A stretch of 64,000 nt of DNA from a virus (taxonomy: Duplodnaviria > Caudoviricetes): positions 1 through 64,000 of IMG/VR virus record IMGVR_UViG_3300020399_000132, one strand, 5' to 3'. This document shows positions 48,496 through 58,684 of this stretch, in pieces; position 1 is the stretch's first letter, and the number at the start of each line of letters is the position of its first letter. The notes under the pieces are model-generated. The model saw nothing but the letters and a program-made list of their open reading frames with translations, was not told the DNA's origin and made no database searches. Made by a program: the position numbers and the translations under genes.

Positions 48496-48883
48496 TTCTT
48501 TTCTTCAGTTCGGTAGATGAATAAGGATGAAATCTCTTGCAATAATATAGTTCAATATTTTTTAAGATACATGTATTATAACCTGTTATGAATTTTTTGT
48601 CACGTAAATAATCATCACCTAAAAATCTAATATTAATTTCTATTGTTTTTAATATATTTTTAAGATCTTTTTCTGATTCATAAGGAATAATTTCATCAAC
48701 ATATTTACATCCTTTTAATTGTATGAATCGTTCAAAGACTGACTGTACTAAATCTTTTTTGTGAGCGGGACTAGTGTGAAGACCAACAATTAAATAATCA
48801 CAATTTTTCCTCGCTTCTTCTAACATTACAATATGCCCTGCATGTAATAAATCAAAAGCGGATGCTGCAAATCCTTTTTTCAT
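48464..48883 (-). CDS. cytidylyltransferase-like nucleotidyltransferase (TagD/RfaE-II type)
   Basis: FDLLHAGH, LIVGL, YVDEIIPY, SSTELK. Confidence 0.85.
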   Translation of the reverse strand: MKKGFAASAFDLLHAGHIVMLEEARKNCDYLIVGLHTSPAHKKDLVQSVFERFIQLKGCKYVDEIIPYESEKDLKNILKTIEINIRFLGDDYLRDKKFITGYNTCILKNIELYYCKRFHPYSSTELKKRIVSMSNTPTD

Positions 48884-49893
48884 AAGACCGTTGCTATTCT
48901 TTCGGCATCTAATTGTTCTTCGAGTTCATCTTCAATATCCATTAATTCAAACATCTCTATCCATTTAGGAGCTCTATAATCCCAACTATAATATTTGTCC
49001 GCATGTTTTTTAGCTCGATCTATAATATCCTGAGTTTCATCGTTCCAATATGTATCCATTAATTTATCTATTTCATCAGCAAATCTATAACAATGTTCTA
49101 TTTCATCTTTAATATAAGGATACATAAATGCATGATCAGAACAAGTCTCTGGTAACGCTCCTAAACTATTTGTAAGCATTAATGTTCTGGAAGACATTGC
49201 TTCCATAGCAGTTCTACAAGAAGTTTCTTCCCATATACATGGATAAGCCCAAATATGCATATCTTTCCATTCTTCTCTTAAAGGCCTTCCTTTAACAATT
49301 TTATGTAAGGTCATATTAGGATTTTTTTCAATATGATCAAATAATTCTCCGAATGGTTGATCGTTTTCTTTCCACCCATAAATTTGAAAACTTGAATATA
49401 CATGTAAATGCCAATCATCTCTTTCGAGTTCATGTAAGGCATTACATAATACATGTAAACCTCTTTGAGGTGTAGAAGCATAAATTAAATTTATTTTGTC
49501 TTCTCTAGGTTTTTCATAATGTTCAAATGGAAATATTGCTGTTTTTTGAACTTCACAACGATCCATTGGTAAATCATATATTTCTAGAAAAGTATGCATT
49601 TGCCAATAACTCGAAAATATTAATTTCTCAAATTCTTTTGCACCATCTTTATTTTTTAAAAAATCATGACATGGATCTTTTGCTAAATCATGAAACCACC
49701 AAATTCTGGGCAAAATGGTTTGAATATTTTCTGGGTATAATCTCGAAATTATCCATTGATAATCTGTTTTATATTTTTTAGGTAAATGTGACCATAATTC
49801 TAAGGTTGTTAATTCTGTTCCCCCAAAAGAATTCTTGGCTGCATTTTTTTCACCTCTTTGAGGTATTGATTTATCTTTATAAATGTCTTTCAT
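48880..49893 (-). CDS. GT-B glycosyltransferase (family 4-like)
   Basis: GGTE, W.HD, Y.STP.RGL, YP..W.ETSC...MEAM, GALPET. Confidence 0.85.
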   Translation of the reverse strand: MKDIYKDKSIPQRGEKNAAKNSFGGTELTTLELWSHLPKKYKTDYQWIISRLYPENIQTILPRIWWFHDLAKDPCHDFLKNKDGAKEFEKLIFSSYWQMHTFLEIYDLPMDRCEVQKTAIFPFEHYEKPREDKINLIYASTPQRGLHVLCNALHELERDDWHLHVYSSFQIYGWKENDQPFGELFDHIEKNPNMTLHKIVKGRPLREEWKDMHIWAYPCIWEETSCRTAMEAMSSRTLMLTNSLGALPETCSDHAFMYPYIKDEIEHCYRFADEIDKLMDTYWNDETQDIIDRAKKHADKYYSWDYRAPKWIEMFELMDIEDELEEQLDAERIATVL

Positions 49894-50753
49894 ACTTCGA
49901 TCTTGAATATCCTAGGGCTATTTAAAATATGTTCTTTTAATTCTTTATGGAAATTTATATTTGCTTCTCTACATTCTCCTAAAGAACTTTTATACTGCCT
50001 TTGTTCTCTATCTTGAATAGTTTTCCACCAATCGGTTGTGGGGCAATATAAAGGTTTATGTTTTAAACCATAAAATTTAGAACACCAAGGAAAAACTACA
50101 ACAACCTTTCCTAAAAGTGTTGCCCAATAAGCACCGTGATAAGAATTTGTAACAACAATATCTCCACTTGCGATAAATTCTATTGTTTCTTCAAAATTGA
50201 TTTCATTGTTCATTTTATGGGGATAATCCCAAGTTTCCGGAGGCATACCATGAATAACATTCATTGGGAGTGAAGCATGAGTAAAAAATACAATATCATA
50301 TTTGACTTCATATTCTTTATCAAAAGCTTCATGCATACAACTCGCGCAGGGAACCCATCTTGCAGCTGGTATTGATTGATATATATGTGGATGATGATCA
50401 CGTAAGCCCAATAAATCAAATGATCTTATATAACCTGGATAAGTTATATTCATTGGTGGAATACATTGTACTTGTTCATCTAAACAAATATACATATGTT
50501 CACCAAGGCCCCATCCATATATTCTATAATTAGTATTTTTTTGATGTCTCAGAACATGAGACATTGGTCTCATTTGGCCTATGAGTCCTCCGCCACCGTA
50601 AATGACATTTTCATGAGGTGGTGTATAATCATGATCTAATTTAAAGATGTCTTTTTGATTTCCAGGTAGATCAAAATATTTTGTAGGAGTACTATATGAA
50701 TCGCCTATGTTAGTTTCATCTGTCCTAAATATATTAGTAAACTGTAATTTCAT
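49890..50753 (-). CDS. polysaccharide pyruvyltransferase-like protein
   Basis: NIGD, YGGGG, WGLG, GLRD, VVTNSYHG...A.LLGK. Confidence 0.7.
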   Translation of the reverse strand: MKLQFTNIFRTDETNIGDSYSTPTKYFDLPGNQKDIFKLDHDYTPPHENVIYGGGGLIGQMRPMSHVLRHQKNTNYRIYGWGLGEHMYICLDEQVQCIPPMNITYPGYIRSFDLLGLRDHHPHIYQSIPAARWVPCASCMHEAFDKEYEVKYDIVFFTHASLPMNVIHGMPPETWDYPHKMNNEINFEETIEFIASGDIVVTNSYHGAYWATLLGKVVVVFPWCSKFYGLKHKPLYCPTTDWWKTIQDREQRQYKSSLGECREANINFHKELKEHILNSPRIFKIEV

Positions 50754-50768
50754 AGAAAAGGTATTAAC

Positions 50769-51152
50769 ATGGATTTAAATGATTTTGGTTTTAGCACAGT
50801 CAGTGAACAAGAATTTACTTCGGCTGCAAAAGAACCTGAAGAGAAAGTAGTTACTGCTGCGGTCGAAAAAGCCAAAGCCGGACAAATTAAAGAAGTTGAA
50901 GGAACTGTAAATAAAATTTGGAGTTTGTTGGATTATCATTATGAAGATATTGATAAGCATAAAGAAAAATTAAATAAAGAATATGAACGACAGATGAAAG
51001 AGGTTGAAAATTTAATCGTTCCTTTGTTAAATAATTTGGCAAAATCTTCCACTAATGAATACATATATTGGCCAGGAAGACGAGAGATTCTAGAAACACA
51101 AATTGAGAAAATTACTGCACATACTCGAGACATTAATATATTCACTGAGTAA
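50769..51152 (+). CDS. hypothetical protein (only convincing complete plus-strand gene in the window)
   Basis: 127 aa filling the intergenic gap; AAAGG RBS; DFGFS, PLLNNL and YIYWP motifs. Confidence 0.75.
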   Translation: MDLNDFGFSTVSEQEFTSAAKEPEEKVVTAAVEKAKAGQIKEVEGTVNKIWSLLDYHYEDIDKHKEKLNKEYERQMKEVENLIVPLLNNLAKSSTNEYIYWPGRREILETQIEKITAHTRDINIFTE

Positions 51153-51681
51153 CTCCATATTTACAAAGGAAGTAAGAATCAATAATATCGGTTGCAGGGT
51201 TGCCAGTTTCTTGAACTAATTCAAAATTATTCGACTCTGCCTTCCAAGCTTCTAACATAGCTTCTTTATTAGAATTTCCCTTACCTGTTGCGAACTTCTT
51301 AATAACAGTTGGAGGAACTGTTTCATAGCGGAAACCATTCTGTTTTAATTTTAATTTTAAAATACCAACATTTTCCGCGATGTTAAAAACTCTACCAGTA
51401 GACCCATAAGAATAATCTTCTAATATAACTTTCTCAGCTCTACCATTATGCCAGCGTAATGCTTCTATGGTCCAATCTGCTAAAAAGTTATACTTATCTA
51501 TAAATGTTAAATCTTTTGGTAGTTTATAACAATTTACATTTTGAAGGGCGGACCACCGAGGCCTCCACTTATCCAAAGCAAAAAAACTAAAATTACAATC
51601 AATAGGATTAATTGTTCCATCTTTTTTAAATATACAAATACATGGGCTGGTTGTAGAATAATCTATTCCTGCGCAAATCAA
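51142..51681 (-). CDS. RuvC-like Holliday junction resolvase
   Basis: GIDYS, LEDYS, AEN.G, P...KKFATGKGN..K, D..DS. Confidence 0.85.
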   Translation of the reverse strand: MICAGIDYSTTSPCICIFKKDGTINPIDCNFSFFALDKWRPRWSALQNVNCYKLPKDLTFIDKYNFLADWTIEALRWHNGRAEKVILEDYSYGSTGRVFNIAENVGILKLKLKQNGFRYETVPPTVIKKFATGKGNSNKEAMLEAWKAESNNFELVQETGNPATDIIDSYFLCKYGVTQ

Positions 51682-52146
51682 TTAAAATCCTAACTGCTGC
51701 AATTCTCTAATACTATCTCTTGCAGATGTATGTAAGATTGCAATGCCGCCTTTTGACTTCCAATCGGCTACGTTTCGTTCAGAATCATCAATTAAAATAT
51801 TCGGAGATAAATTTTCTTCAACGGCATAATATAGTTTTTCTCTCTGAAAAACACAATGAATCCTTACGGGAAATATTTTATAATATTTAAAAATCCATTG
51901 CATTTTTTGCACGCGACATTCAGGAAAACCAGAGTCGTTAGGAATCGCGGTCAAAACATGCCAATCAAATTGTCCGGAAATATGATTTATTAATTCATCC
52001 GCATCGGGCATTTTGGGAAGAGAAAAGAAAAAATCTTCGGGGAGAAGTTCCCATCTGTTTGCCCATTCTTTTTTAGTATTAAATTTGTCAATGATGGGTT
52101 TATCAAAATCTGATAAAACACCATCCATATCAATAAAAACTTTCAT
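51682..52146 (-). CDS. HAD-family 5'(3')-deoxyribonucleotidase-like protein
   Basis: FIDMDGVL.DF, LTA, K..W, LIDD...N...W...GG. Confidence 0.85.
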   Translation of the reverse strand: MKVFIDMDGVLSDFDKPIIDKFNTKKEWANRWELLPEDFFFSLPKMPDADELINHISGQFDWHVLTAIPNDSGFPECRVQKMQWIFKYYKIFPVRIHCVFQREKLYYAVEENLSPNILIDDSERNVADWKSKGGIAILHTSARDSIRELQQLGF

Positions 52147-52148
52147 AA

Positions 52149-52361
52149 TTAATCGTATATAAAATTCATTTCGCCTTCAAGGCCTACTTTTTCTTTATAT
52201 GCTTTATCAAGAATATCCTCTAACCAAAGTTTACCTGTAAATGCCGGAGCATTTTCAATCTCTTTCCACACTTCTTGAATCGCAGTAACACCTAATGATT
52301 CAGTATGTTTTTCAAGAACCTTAACACACTCATCAACATATTTTTCAAATGTTGTTTTCAT
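52149..52361 (-). CDS. hypothetical protein
   Basis: 70-aa ORF with GAGGG RBS and an upstream promoter. Confidence 0.65.
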   Translation of the reverse strand: MKTTFEKYVDECVKVLEKHTESLGVTAIQEVWKEIENAPAFTGKLWLEDILDKAYKEKVGLEGEMNFIYD

Positions 52362-52371
52362 AATACCCTCT

Positions 52372-52400
52372 ATTATACATCATTAATAAGAAAATTTCAA
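52372..52400 (-). promoter_or_regulatory. sigma70-type promoter
   Basis: TTGAAA-17 nt-TATAAT. Confidence 0.65.
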
Positions 52401-52409
52401 CAAAAAAAT

Positions 52410-54374
52410 TTAAATCAAATCTACAACCTCACATCCACCATCACTTCCACAAGCTTGTGTTTGTGCTCCGGCTGTATGATCTTCTTTTTCATAATCACTT
52501 AATTTATCCCAATTTACATTTTTGGGCATTTTTAATAATAATTCTTTATACTGTTCTTCATCACAATCTTGATAAGGAGCTTGTTTATATGTATGTTCAC
52601 TAAATGGTAAAAATGAAATACCGCTAATAGAATCAAAATTTTCCCAAACCCATGAACCCACAACCATCCATTCGTGTTCTTTAACTGATACTGTAATAGA
52701 TGGTTTATGTTCACACCAATGATCTTGATATATTTTCCACAATTCTAATTGATCTATAGCTGTCATATCCGTTCTACATATAGCCCCTTTTGGACTTTTT
52801 TGTGGAAAAGAAAATACTGCAGTATGAGTTGGTTTTGTTATATCTGGTTCATTTGGAAATTTGGCATCTTTCATAAACTTACATAAAGGATCTTTATTAT
52901 CCGCTCTTACTGTGCGGATGTAATAAGGATTATGTCGAGCATGAATACCAGAAGAACTATCAACCAGCTGAGATACCGTTCCAGAAGGTTTGATACAAGT
53001 AATTGCCGCTGATCTTGGGATACCGAGTTTAGTAGACCATTCTTTATTTGTTTCAATAGCGACATTTCGGAGCTCCTCTAAAAGTTTGCCAGTTTTTTCT
53101 TTTCCTTTTTTTCCATTTGTTAATTCGTTATCCATTATTCCGGTAAGAGACACTCCCAAAAGTCGTTCTTCCTCACAATTTCTGGCCCATTCTTTGGTGA
53201 TGTATTTGAAGTTAATGAGCGTTGATTGGAATGTTCCAAGTATGGTAGCATTGCGAACTTTATCTTTGAGAGATTGGCGAGTGTCCCGTCCTCGGACAAC
53301 GACTTCAGATAAGTTGCAAAATTCCCGTGACCGTAAAATGATCTCGCTGCACGGATTTGTACCAAAGTCTTCTCTGGGATCTCGTCTTCGAATAAATCCT
53401 CCATGTTCATCATCTTGTTCCCTTTCATTTAGTTTTTGAACTTGTCGATTAGCTGAATCTCCATTATATATTCCTCGCTCTCCAGATTTTGAATCATAAA
53501 GAGATAACCACTCTCTCATAAAAGTACCAACATCTGGTTTTTCTTTATAATTAACAGAATTATTTGCTAAAGCACGTTGAACATTAAATTTATACCATTC
53601 CCCATGTTTTGCGAATCGCATTTCACGATCATTAAGATCACTAAGGCTGATAAGAGCACTTCTTCGAACACCACCCACAACAACTACTTCTGCTGTCTTA
53701 CAAATAATATCATGACATTCAATTGGTTTAAGTTGTCTTCCCGCGGCAGTTGTAAACATTCCCGTTACAAAATTAAATAAATCTACTAACGGTTCCGGGC
53801 CTGAAGCTCTACCTCCAAATGTTTTTAAAGGCATGCCTGCAGCCCTTACTTTACTCATATCCCATTTAGGAGAAAGTCCTTGATATAATAATGAAACTAA
53901 TTCTTTAAAAGCCTTGCACCAACCCAATTTACTATCTGCAACTACTATGGTAGTATCTGTGGGAAAAAATTCTTCCGCGATAACTGGCATTTGTTTTGTG
54001 TATTCTTCTTCAACAGAAAAACCAACACCTGTTCCGTTCATTAAAACATACATAACTTCATCAAACGTTCTTTGATTATCACATTTTAAATACGAACAAT
54101 TATATCCAGCAACATTTTCTTTTTTGAGAGGTTCACCAGCCGTCATTAGGCACCGCATAGATGGCATAACTTCTAAATTTAAAACTGATTCTTCTAATTC
54201 TTTTCTTTCTTCATCAGAAAAATTATAATCGCATTTCTCTTTTAAATCTTCTTTAAAAAAATCAAAATATCTTCCAATTGTTTCGGACCATTTTTCTCTT
54301 CTCTCTTCATTATACTTCCATCTCGCATATCTTGAAAGATGTATAAATGATTGATATTCTGTGGGCAGGCTCAT
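52410..54374 (-). CDS. nrdJ: class II adenosylcobalamin-dependent ribonucleotide reductase
   Basis: YNCS, GTGVGFS, GGVRRSA, TNPCSEI, IKPSGT, C-terminal C....C pair; no nrdB in the window. Confidence 0.92.
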   Translation of the reverse strand: MSLPTEYQSFIHLSRYARWKYNEERREKWSETIGRYFDFFKEDLKEKCDYNFSDEERKELEESVLNLEVMPSMRCLMTAGEPLKKENVAGYNCSYLKCDNQRTFDEVMYVLMNGTGVGFSVEEEYTKQMPVIAEEFFPTDTTIVVADSKLGWCKAFKELVSLLYQGLSPKWDMSKVRAAGMPLKTFGGRASGPEPLVDLFNFVTGMFTTAAGRQLKPIECHDIICKTAEVVVVGGVRRSALISLSDLNDREMRFAKHGEWYKFNVQRALANNSVNYKEKPDVGTFMREWLSLYDSKSGERGIYNGDSANRQVQKLNEREQDDEHGGFIRRRDPREDFGTNPCSEIILRSREFCNLSEVVVRGRDTRQSLKDKVRNATILGTFQSTLINFKYITKEWARNCEEERLLGVSLTGIMDNELTNGKKGKEKTGKLLEELRNVAIETNKEWSTKLGIPRSAAITCIKPSGTVSQLVDSSSGIHARHNPYYIRTVRADNKDPLCKFMKDAKFPNEPDITKPTHTAVFSFPQKSPKGAICRTDMTAIDQLELWKIYQDHWCEHKPSITVSVKEHEWMVVGSWVWENFDSISGISFLPFSEHTYKQAPYQDCDEEQYKELLLKMPKNVNWDKLSDYEKEDHTAGAQTQACGSDGGCEVVDLI

Positions 54375-54388
54375 TCATTTTCCTTATG

Positions 54389-55174
54389 TTAAATTTTTTC
54401 TAGGAATTCTTTTTGTTCTCGTTTTGATAGCCCTTCAAGGGCAAATGCTTTACTATCTGCTAATTCATACTTTATTACTTCCATTTCCTGTTTAGAAAAT
54501 GTAACGGCATCTTTATCATAATCTTCAAATGCCTCACAGCACAAAGGAAATTCAGGTTTAACTAACTGATACATTGCCGTAGTATAATCTTGAGTTTCTT
54601 TCTGTGTATGATTATCCATTCTTAATTTACAAAAATGGAAAAAATTGTGTAAATCTATTTTCCAAATAACTTCAGTATAATTACCTACTGGCAGCACAGA
54701 TCTAGCTAATTCTCGAGCTAAATCAAGATCTAATAAATTGTGATAGGAGTGAATGGCATTATCATATATGCGATTAAATTCGAATTTAACAAGGCCTTTT
54801 TGCTCAATGTCTTCACCTCTACCCTGATTGTTTTGGGTCGATTGTTTTTGTATATCATCGTCATGAGGAACGTAAAAGTCTTCACTCATCAACGAATATC
54901 GACCTGAATATTCATTTAAATTCGCCGTCCGATGCCGAACTATTTGTCTCATAACAAAGATGGGTAATTTTAAATAGAATTTTACTTCACACATTTCAAA
55001 AGGAGATGTGTGTTTATGTCTCATTAAATATCGAATTAAATTACGCGTCTCACTAACTTTTTTTGTGCCTTTGCCATAACTTATTCGTGCTGCGTCGACT
55101 ACATCGTCATCACTTCCCATAATATCTAATAATCTAACTAGTCCATCTTCATGAACTTTCACCTCTTCATTCAT
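54389..55174 (-). CDS. thyX: flavin-dependent thymidylate synthase
   Basis: AARISY, HTSPFE, RHRTANLNEYSGRY, ELARSVLP. Confidence 0.95.
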   Translation of the reverse strand: MNEEVKVHEDGLVRLLDIMGSDDDVVDAARISYGKGTKKVSETRNLIRYLMRHKHTSPFEMCEVKFYLKLPIFVMRQIVRHRTANLNEYSGRYSLMSEDFYVPHDDDIQKQSTQNNQGRGEDIEQKGLVKFEFNRIYDNAIHSYHNLLDLDLARELARSVLPVGNYTEVIWKIDLHNFFHFCKLRMDNHTQKETQDYTTAMYQLVKPEFPLCCEAFEDYDKDAVTFSKQEMEVIKYELADSKAFALEGLSKREQKEFLEKI

Positions 55175-56169
55175 ATTCTTTTCCACTGGTTAAATTTTAT
55201 TCTTGCGGGAAGGCCGCGATAAGTATTCATATTTATTATATCAATAATCTCCAAAATTTCTATTTCACCTATGACCATATCATTAATATCTTTAAATTTA
55301 ACTGTGTCCGGCCATATGCAAACCGCGAATCCCTTTTTAATAGATTTTTCAATTTTTAGTACAATTTCAGTATTTCTTGGTTCATTATCATATACAAAAA
55401 CAACGTTCTTAGCATAAAACATACTAACATCATCTAAATCGCTGCCGGCCATGGCAAGAGAATTTGGAAGAAACATGCTATCAAACGGGCCTTCAACAAT
55501 GTATATTAATTCATCTTCTTTTATTTTATCTAATCCGAATATTTTTGTGGCGCTCTTATCTATTTTAATAGTAAAATATCTTAATGTATTATTTTCTAAA
55601 CTTCTACCCTGAGCAGCAATTAGTTTTCGATCTTTACTAAAAAATGGAATAATTATTCTGGGGTCGTTTTCTTTTAATCGTGCGGCTAAATCTACATCAT
55701 ATTTGCTTACCCAACTTTTAAAACAATTCGCAAAGTATAAATCACTATAGCGCTCTTTGGGTAACAGTCTTACATCACAAAATTTTACAGCTGGATGATC
55801 TGGTTCTAAATCAGTTAATCTTGGTGCATCTATTTTTGAAAAAACAGGTTTTCTAAAAATAGGAACTTTTTCTTGTTGTACTGGCTCACCTTTTTCTTCC
55901 TTATAATTTTCAAACGAATATTGTCTTGATAATGTGGGATCTAATTTGTCTAATAAAAATTTTAATGATCCACCAATACCGCAATTATGACATTTAAAAA
56001 TTAAACTATTTTTTTTATTGAAAAGATATCCTCTTGCCTTATATAAATTTTTTTGAGAATCTCCACATATTGGACATCTAAAATTATATAAGTCTCTGGA
56101 TTTCCGGGCAAAACGAGATAGGCGAGAAGAAAGTAAATTCGTGTACTTATGGTCAATATATAGACTCAT
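55171..56169 (-). CDS. 61: T4 gp61-like DNA primase
   Basis: RCPICGDS, CHNC, RIIIPF, QGR, VEGPFDS, DNEPRN, KDINDM. Confidence 0.95.
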   Translation of the reverse strand: MSLYIDHKYTNLLSSRLSRFARKSRDLYNFRCPICGDSQKNLYKARGYLFNKKNSLIFKCHNCGIGGSLKFLLDKLDPTLSRQYSFENYKEEKGEPVQQEKVPIFRKPVFSKIDAPRLTDLEPDHPAVKFCDVRLLPKERYSDLYFANCFKSWVSKYDVDLAARLKENDPRIIIPFFSKDRKLIAAQGRSLENNTLRYFTIKIDKSATKIFGLDKIKEDELIYIVEGPFDSMFLPNSLAMAGSDLDDVSMFYAKNVVFVYDNEPRNTEIVLKIEKSIKKGFAVCIWPDTVKFKDINDMVIGEIEILEIIDIINMNTYRGLPARIKFNQWKRI

Positions 56170-56204
56170 TGTGCTCTATATTTTAGAGTTTAATTTAATA
56201 ATAT

Positions 56205-56233
56205 ATTATAGTATGATTTAAAAGAAATGTCAA
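56205..56233 (-). promoter_or_regulatory. perfect sigma70 consensus promoter for the primase-thyX-nrdJ operon
   Basis: TTGACA-17 nt-TATAAT. Confidence 0.85.
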
Positions 56234-56234
56234 G

Positions 56235-56263
56235 AAAAAAAAAGGGACCAAAAGTCCCTTTTT
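56235..56263 (-). terminator. rho-independent terminator closing the upstream late gene block
   Basis: Minus strand AAAGGGAC-TTTTG-GTCCCTTT followed by a T run. Confidence 0.8.
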
Positions 56264-56280
56264 ACTTGCCGAGGATTTTA

Positions 56281-56616
56281 TTAAGAATTTTTAAATATTC
56301 TTATAATTTTCATAATTTCTACACCAGCATTAATTGCTTCTTCAACTATTACTTCAAGATCTTCTGTAAGATCTTGTACTCCAAATTCATCTTTAACAAA
56401 TTGAATTAATTCTGCGAATTCGGCATCATCAAAATCTTGTAATTCAACTAAAACATCTTCAACGTGATCTATAGTTGATCCTAACCTTTTCAAAGGATCA
56501 ATAAACTTCTTTGCATCAGACCACCCAATATCACTTGTTTCCATTGCGGTAACAGATACTTCACTTAATGCAAAAACGAAAGCTAAAACATCTTTCGTTT
56601 CTTGTATTCCTGCCAT
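56281..56616 (-). CDS. hypothetical protein
   Basis: 111-aa acidic ORF with AAAGG RBS. Confidence 0.65.
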   Translation of the reverse strand: MAGIQETKDVLAFVFALSEVSVTAMETSDIGWSDAKKFIDPLKRLGSTIDHVEDVLVELQDFDDAEFAELIQFVKDEFGVQDLTEDLEVIVEEAINAGVEIMKIIRIFKNS

Positions 56617-56627
56617 AATATACCTTT

Positions 56628-57320
56628 CTAAATGTTATGATCGGGGTGCGAAGGAAAAATTCTTCTTTGTTCCCCAATTCCCATAGGTTCAAGTCTTTTT
56701 AAAACTTCCCCTTTCTTCTTCTTTTTTCTTACGGGTGGATCATCGCCAGCTTCTGCACTTCCTGCGATTCCACCTGCGGCCATAGACATGGCTGGAGCAT
56801 CTTCTTTAACTTCCTTATGTTTAAGAAAATCTTTAACCATTTGAAGATCCATATCATGTAATTTTTTCCAATTTGGGTCATCAACCCATTTAATACCTAC
56901 TTCACGATCAGCTTCCATATCGCCTTCTGCTAGAAAATCTCCTTCTCCCCACTCATGAAGTATATCTTCATATAAATTTGAAAATTTTTCTTCCAATATT
57001 TTTTCATCTGCTAATATTTTTAGATTTTTTTCTTCGCGAAGGAGTAATAAAGCTGCGGCATAGGTAGCTATTGTTGTTTTTCCAAAAGGTATCTTACCTA
57101 ACAATTTTTTCAAATTGAAGATAAGAGTATCCATCATAGTATAGGCATTTCTTTGTTCTATAGTAGTAAAGTCTCTTTTTTTAATGAGAACTTTACCATT
57201 CTTATCGATAATACCTAACTTATAAGCATCTGTTTTTTCAAATTTGGTAACTAATCGTTTTAGGAAGGAAAATAGAAAATATAATTCTGAACCCTGTATT
57301 AATACATTTTTTAAACCCAT
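56628..57320 (-). CDS. conserved T4-like hypothetical protein (possible virion protein)
   Basis: F....AYKLGIIDKNG, LIFNLKKLL.K.P, EDAP motifs. Confidence 0.65.
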   Translation of the reverse strand: MGLKNVLIQGSELYFLFSFLKRLVTKFEKTDAYKLGIIDKNGKVLIKKRDFTTIEQRNAYTMMDTLIFNLKKLLGKIPFGKTTIATYAAALLLLREEKNLKILADEKILEEKFSNLYEDILHEWGEGDFLAEGDMEADREVGIKWVDDPNWKKLHDMDLQMVKDFLKHKEVKEDAPAMSMAAGGIAGSAEAGDDPPVRKKKKKGEVLKRLEPMGIGEQRRIFPSHPDHNI

Positions 57321-57327
57321 GAAAATC

Positions 57328-57720
57328 CTATAACCATCTTAATTGCTTTACTACGTGTTGATCTAGTGTTATATCACTTTCTCTGATATTTGCACCTCTT
57401 ATACTGGGGACAACTTTTGGCATTCTTTTTAAATATATTAAAAAAGGTTTTAACACATGCCAACTATTTTCATCAATTTTATAAAATAATATTCGAGTCG
57501 CGGCTTCGTTCTCGAATAAATTATATATCATAATCAAGTGGTTAAGAATTAATCTTTGTTTTAATTCATGAGTTGTTAGATAATGATTTAAAAGCCTTTT
57601 TAAATATTTAAACCTTTTCATATCATCTCTATAATCCTCGGTACCGATACATTGAGGATTATCGTAAAACTTCATGCAATATAATTCTATATTATTCTCA
57701 TTTATATCATTAAAATTCAC
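57328..57720 (-). CDS. conserved T4-like hypothetical protein
   Basis: YDNPQC, D.KRFKYLKRLL, LILNHLI. Confidence 0.7.
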   Translation of the reverse strand: MNFNDINENNIELYCMKFYDNPQCIGTEDYRDDMKRFKYLKRLLNHYLTTHELKQRLILNHLIMIYNLFENEAATRILFYKIDENSWHVLKPFLIYLKRMPKVVPSIRGANIRESDITLDQHVVKQLRWL

Positions 57721-57932
57721 TTTTTCACTTTTTTCACTTTATCAGTATCTTTTTCTTTATTTTCAATCATACTTAAATAATGATTCGAAACTTGAATTGC
57801 ACCGTCAAGAGAAGAAAGCGTCCGATCCAATTGTTTAATTTCGTCAGACGCTTGATCTAATCTTGTTTGAACTTGCAATCTATCTTTTTGTAAGAAGTCT
57901 AATTGCTTTTCAATTTCACCTTTATCTATCAT
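57717..57932 (-). CDS. small coiled-coil protein
   Basis: Heptad pattern; GAIQ motif shared with 59614-59856. Confidence 0.6.
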   Translation of the reverse strand: MIDKGEIEKQLDFLQKDRLQVQTRLDQASDEIKQLDRTLSSLDGAIQVSNHYLSMIENKEKDTDKVKKVKK

Positions 57933-57953
57933 AATATAACCATTAATTAAATG

Positions 57954-58673
57954 TTAAGCAACGTCGTCCCAAAGTAAAAGATACTTAGTCAAGCCAGATA
58001 CACATACTTTTATAGCACCATTTGCTGGTCCGGTATTTGTACTAACAGTATTTTCACCGGTAGTTAAAAATGGTCCAACATTAGCACCAGGTGCAGCACT
58101 ATATCCACCTCCTGGAGTTGCATCCCAAGCAAAGGCAACATTTTGTGAAGTGCCTGTTAATGTGCTTGAAACATCAAACTTAATGAATGCGGTAGGACTC
58201 GCGCTAGGCGAAGCATAAGTATTAGCATGAGATAAAATCATGACATATGAATTACCAGAATCGGCACTATCCCACGTATTTAAATCAAGTGTGGCTCTCG
58301 TGGCTGATGTTTCTGCGGTAAAGGCAACATTAGCATCATGTATTAAAACTTTTGCGGAAGAAGCCGTTAAAGTTCCAACATTAGCCTGAGTTGCTCCCGT
58401 GCCCATAGGTGAAACACAGATTTGCGATGTAGTAATATTATCAAAAACATCGGTAGATGAAGGTGAAATATTAGCGGTATGCAAAGTTTTGTGAACTATT
58501 TCTTCAGTAGCCGCTGCTGTACCAGTGACGGTATGAGTAACGTTTGCTAAGAAATCTTTAACTGTGAGTTTCTTGTTCACAGGTGATCCACTTGGATCAT
58601 CTATAATATGAAGTAAATCTTCGGACGCCGCTTCTGACGCGGGCGTTAATGCGGTTATTTTCTTATCAGCCAT
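57954..58673 (-). CDS. putative virion fibre/decoration protein
   Basis: [24 protein letters not shown]-terminal module; Ala/Thr/Ser-rich body. Confidence 0.65.
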   Translation of the reverse strand: MADKKITALTPASEAASEDLLHIIDDPSGSPVNKKLTVKDFLANVTHTVTGTAAATEEIVHKTLHTANISPSSTDVFDNITTSQICVSPMGTGATQANVGTLTASSAKVLIHDANVAFTAETSATRATLDLNTWDSADSGNSYVMILSHANTYASPSASPTAFIKFDVSSTLTGTSQNVAFAWDATPGGGYSAAPGANVGPFLTTGENTVSTNTGPANGAIKVCVSGLTKYLLLWDDVA

Positions 58674-58684
58674 TTTTCTCCTTG

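Noticed and set aside
52410-56169. Introns or inteins in nrdJ, thyX or primase; stop-codon recoding
   Set aside because: ORFs are continuous and of normal length, and genes tile densely under the standard code
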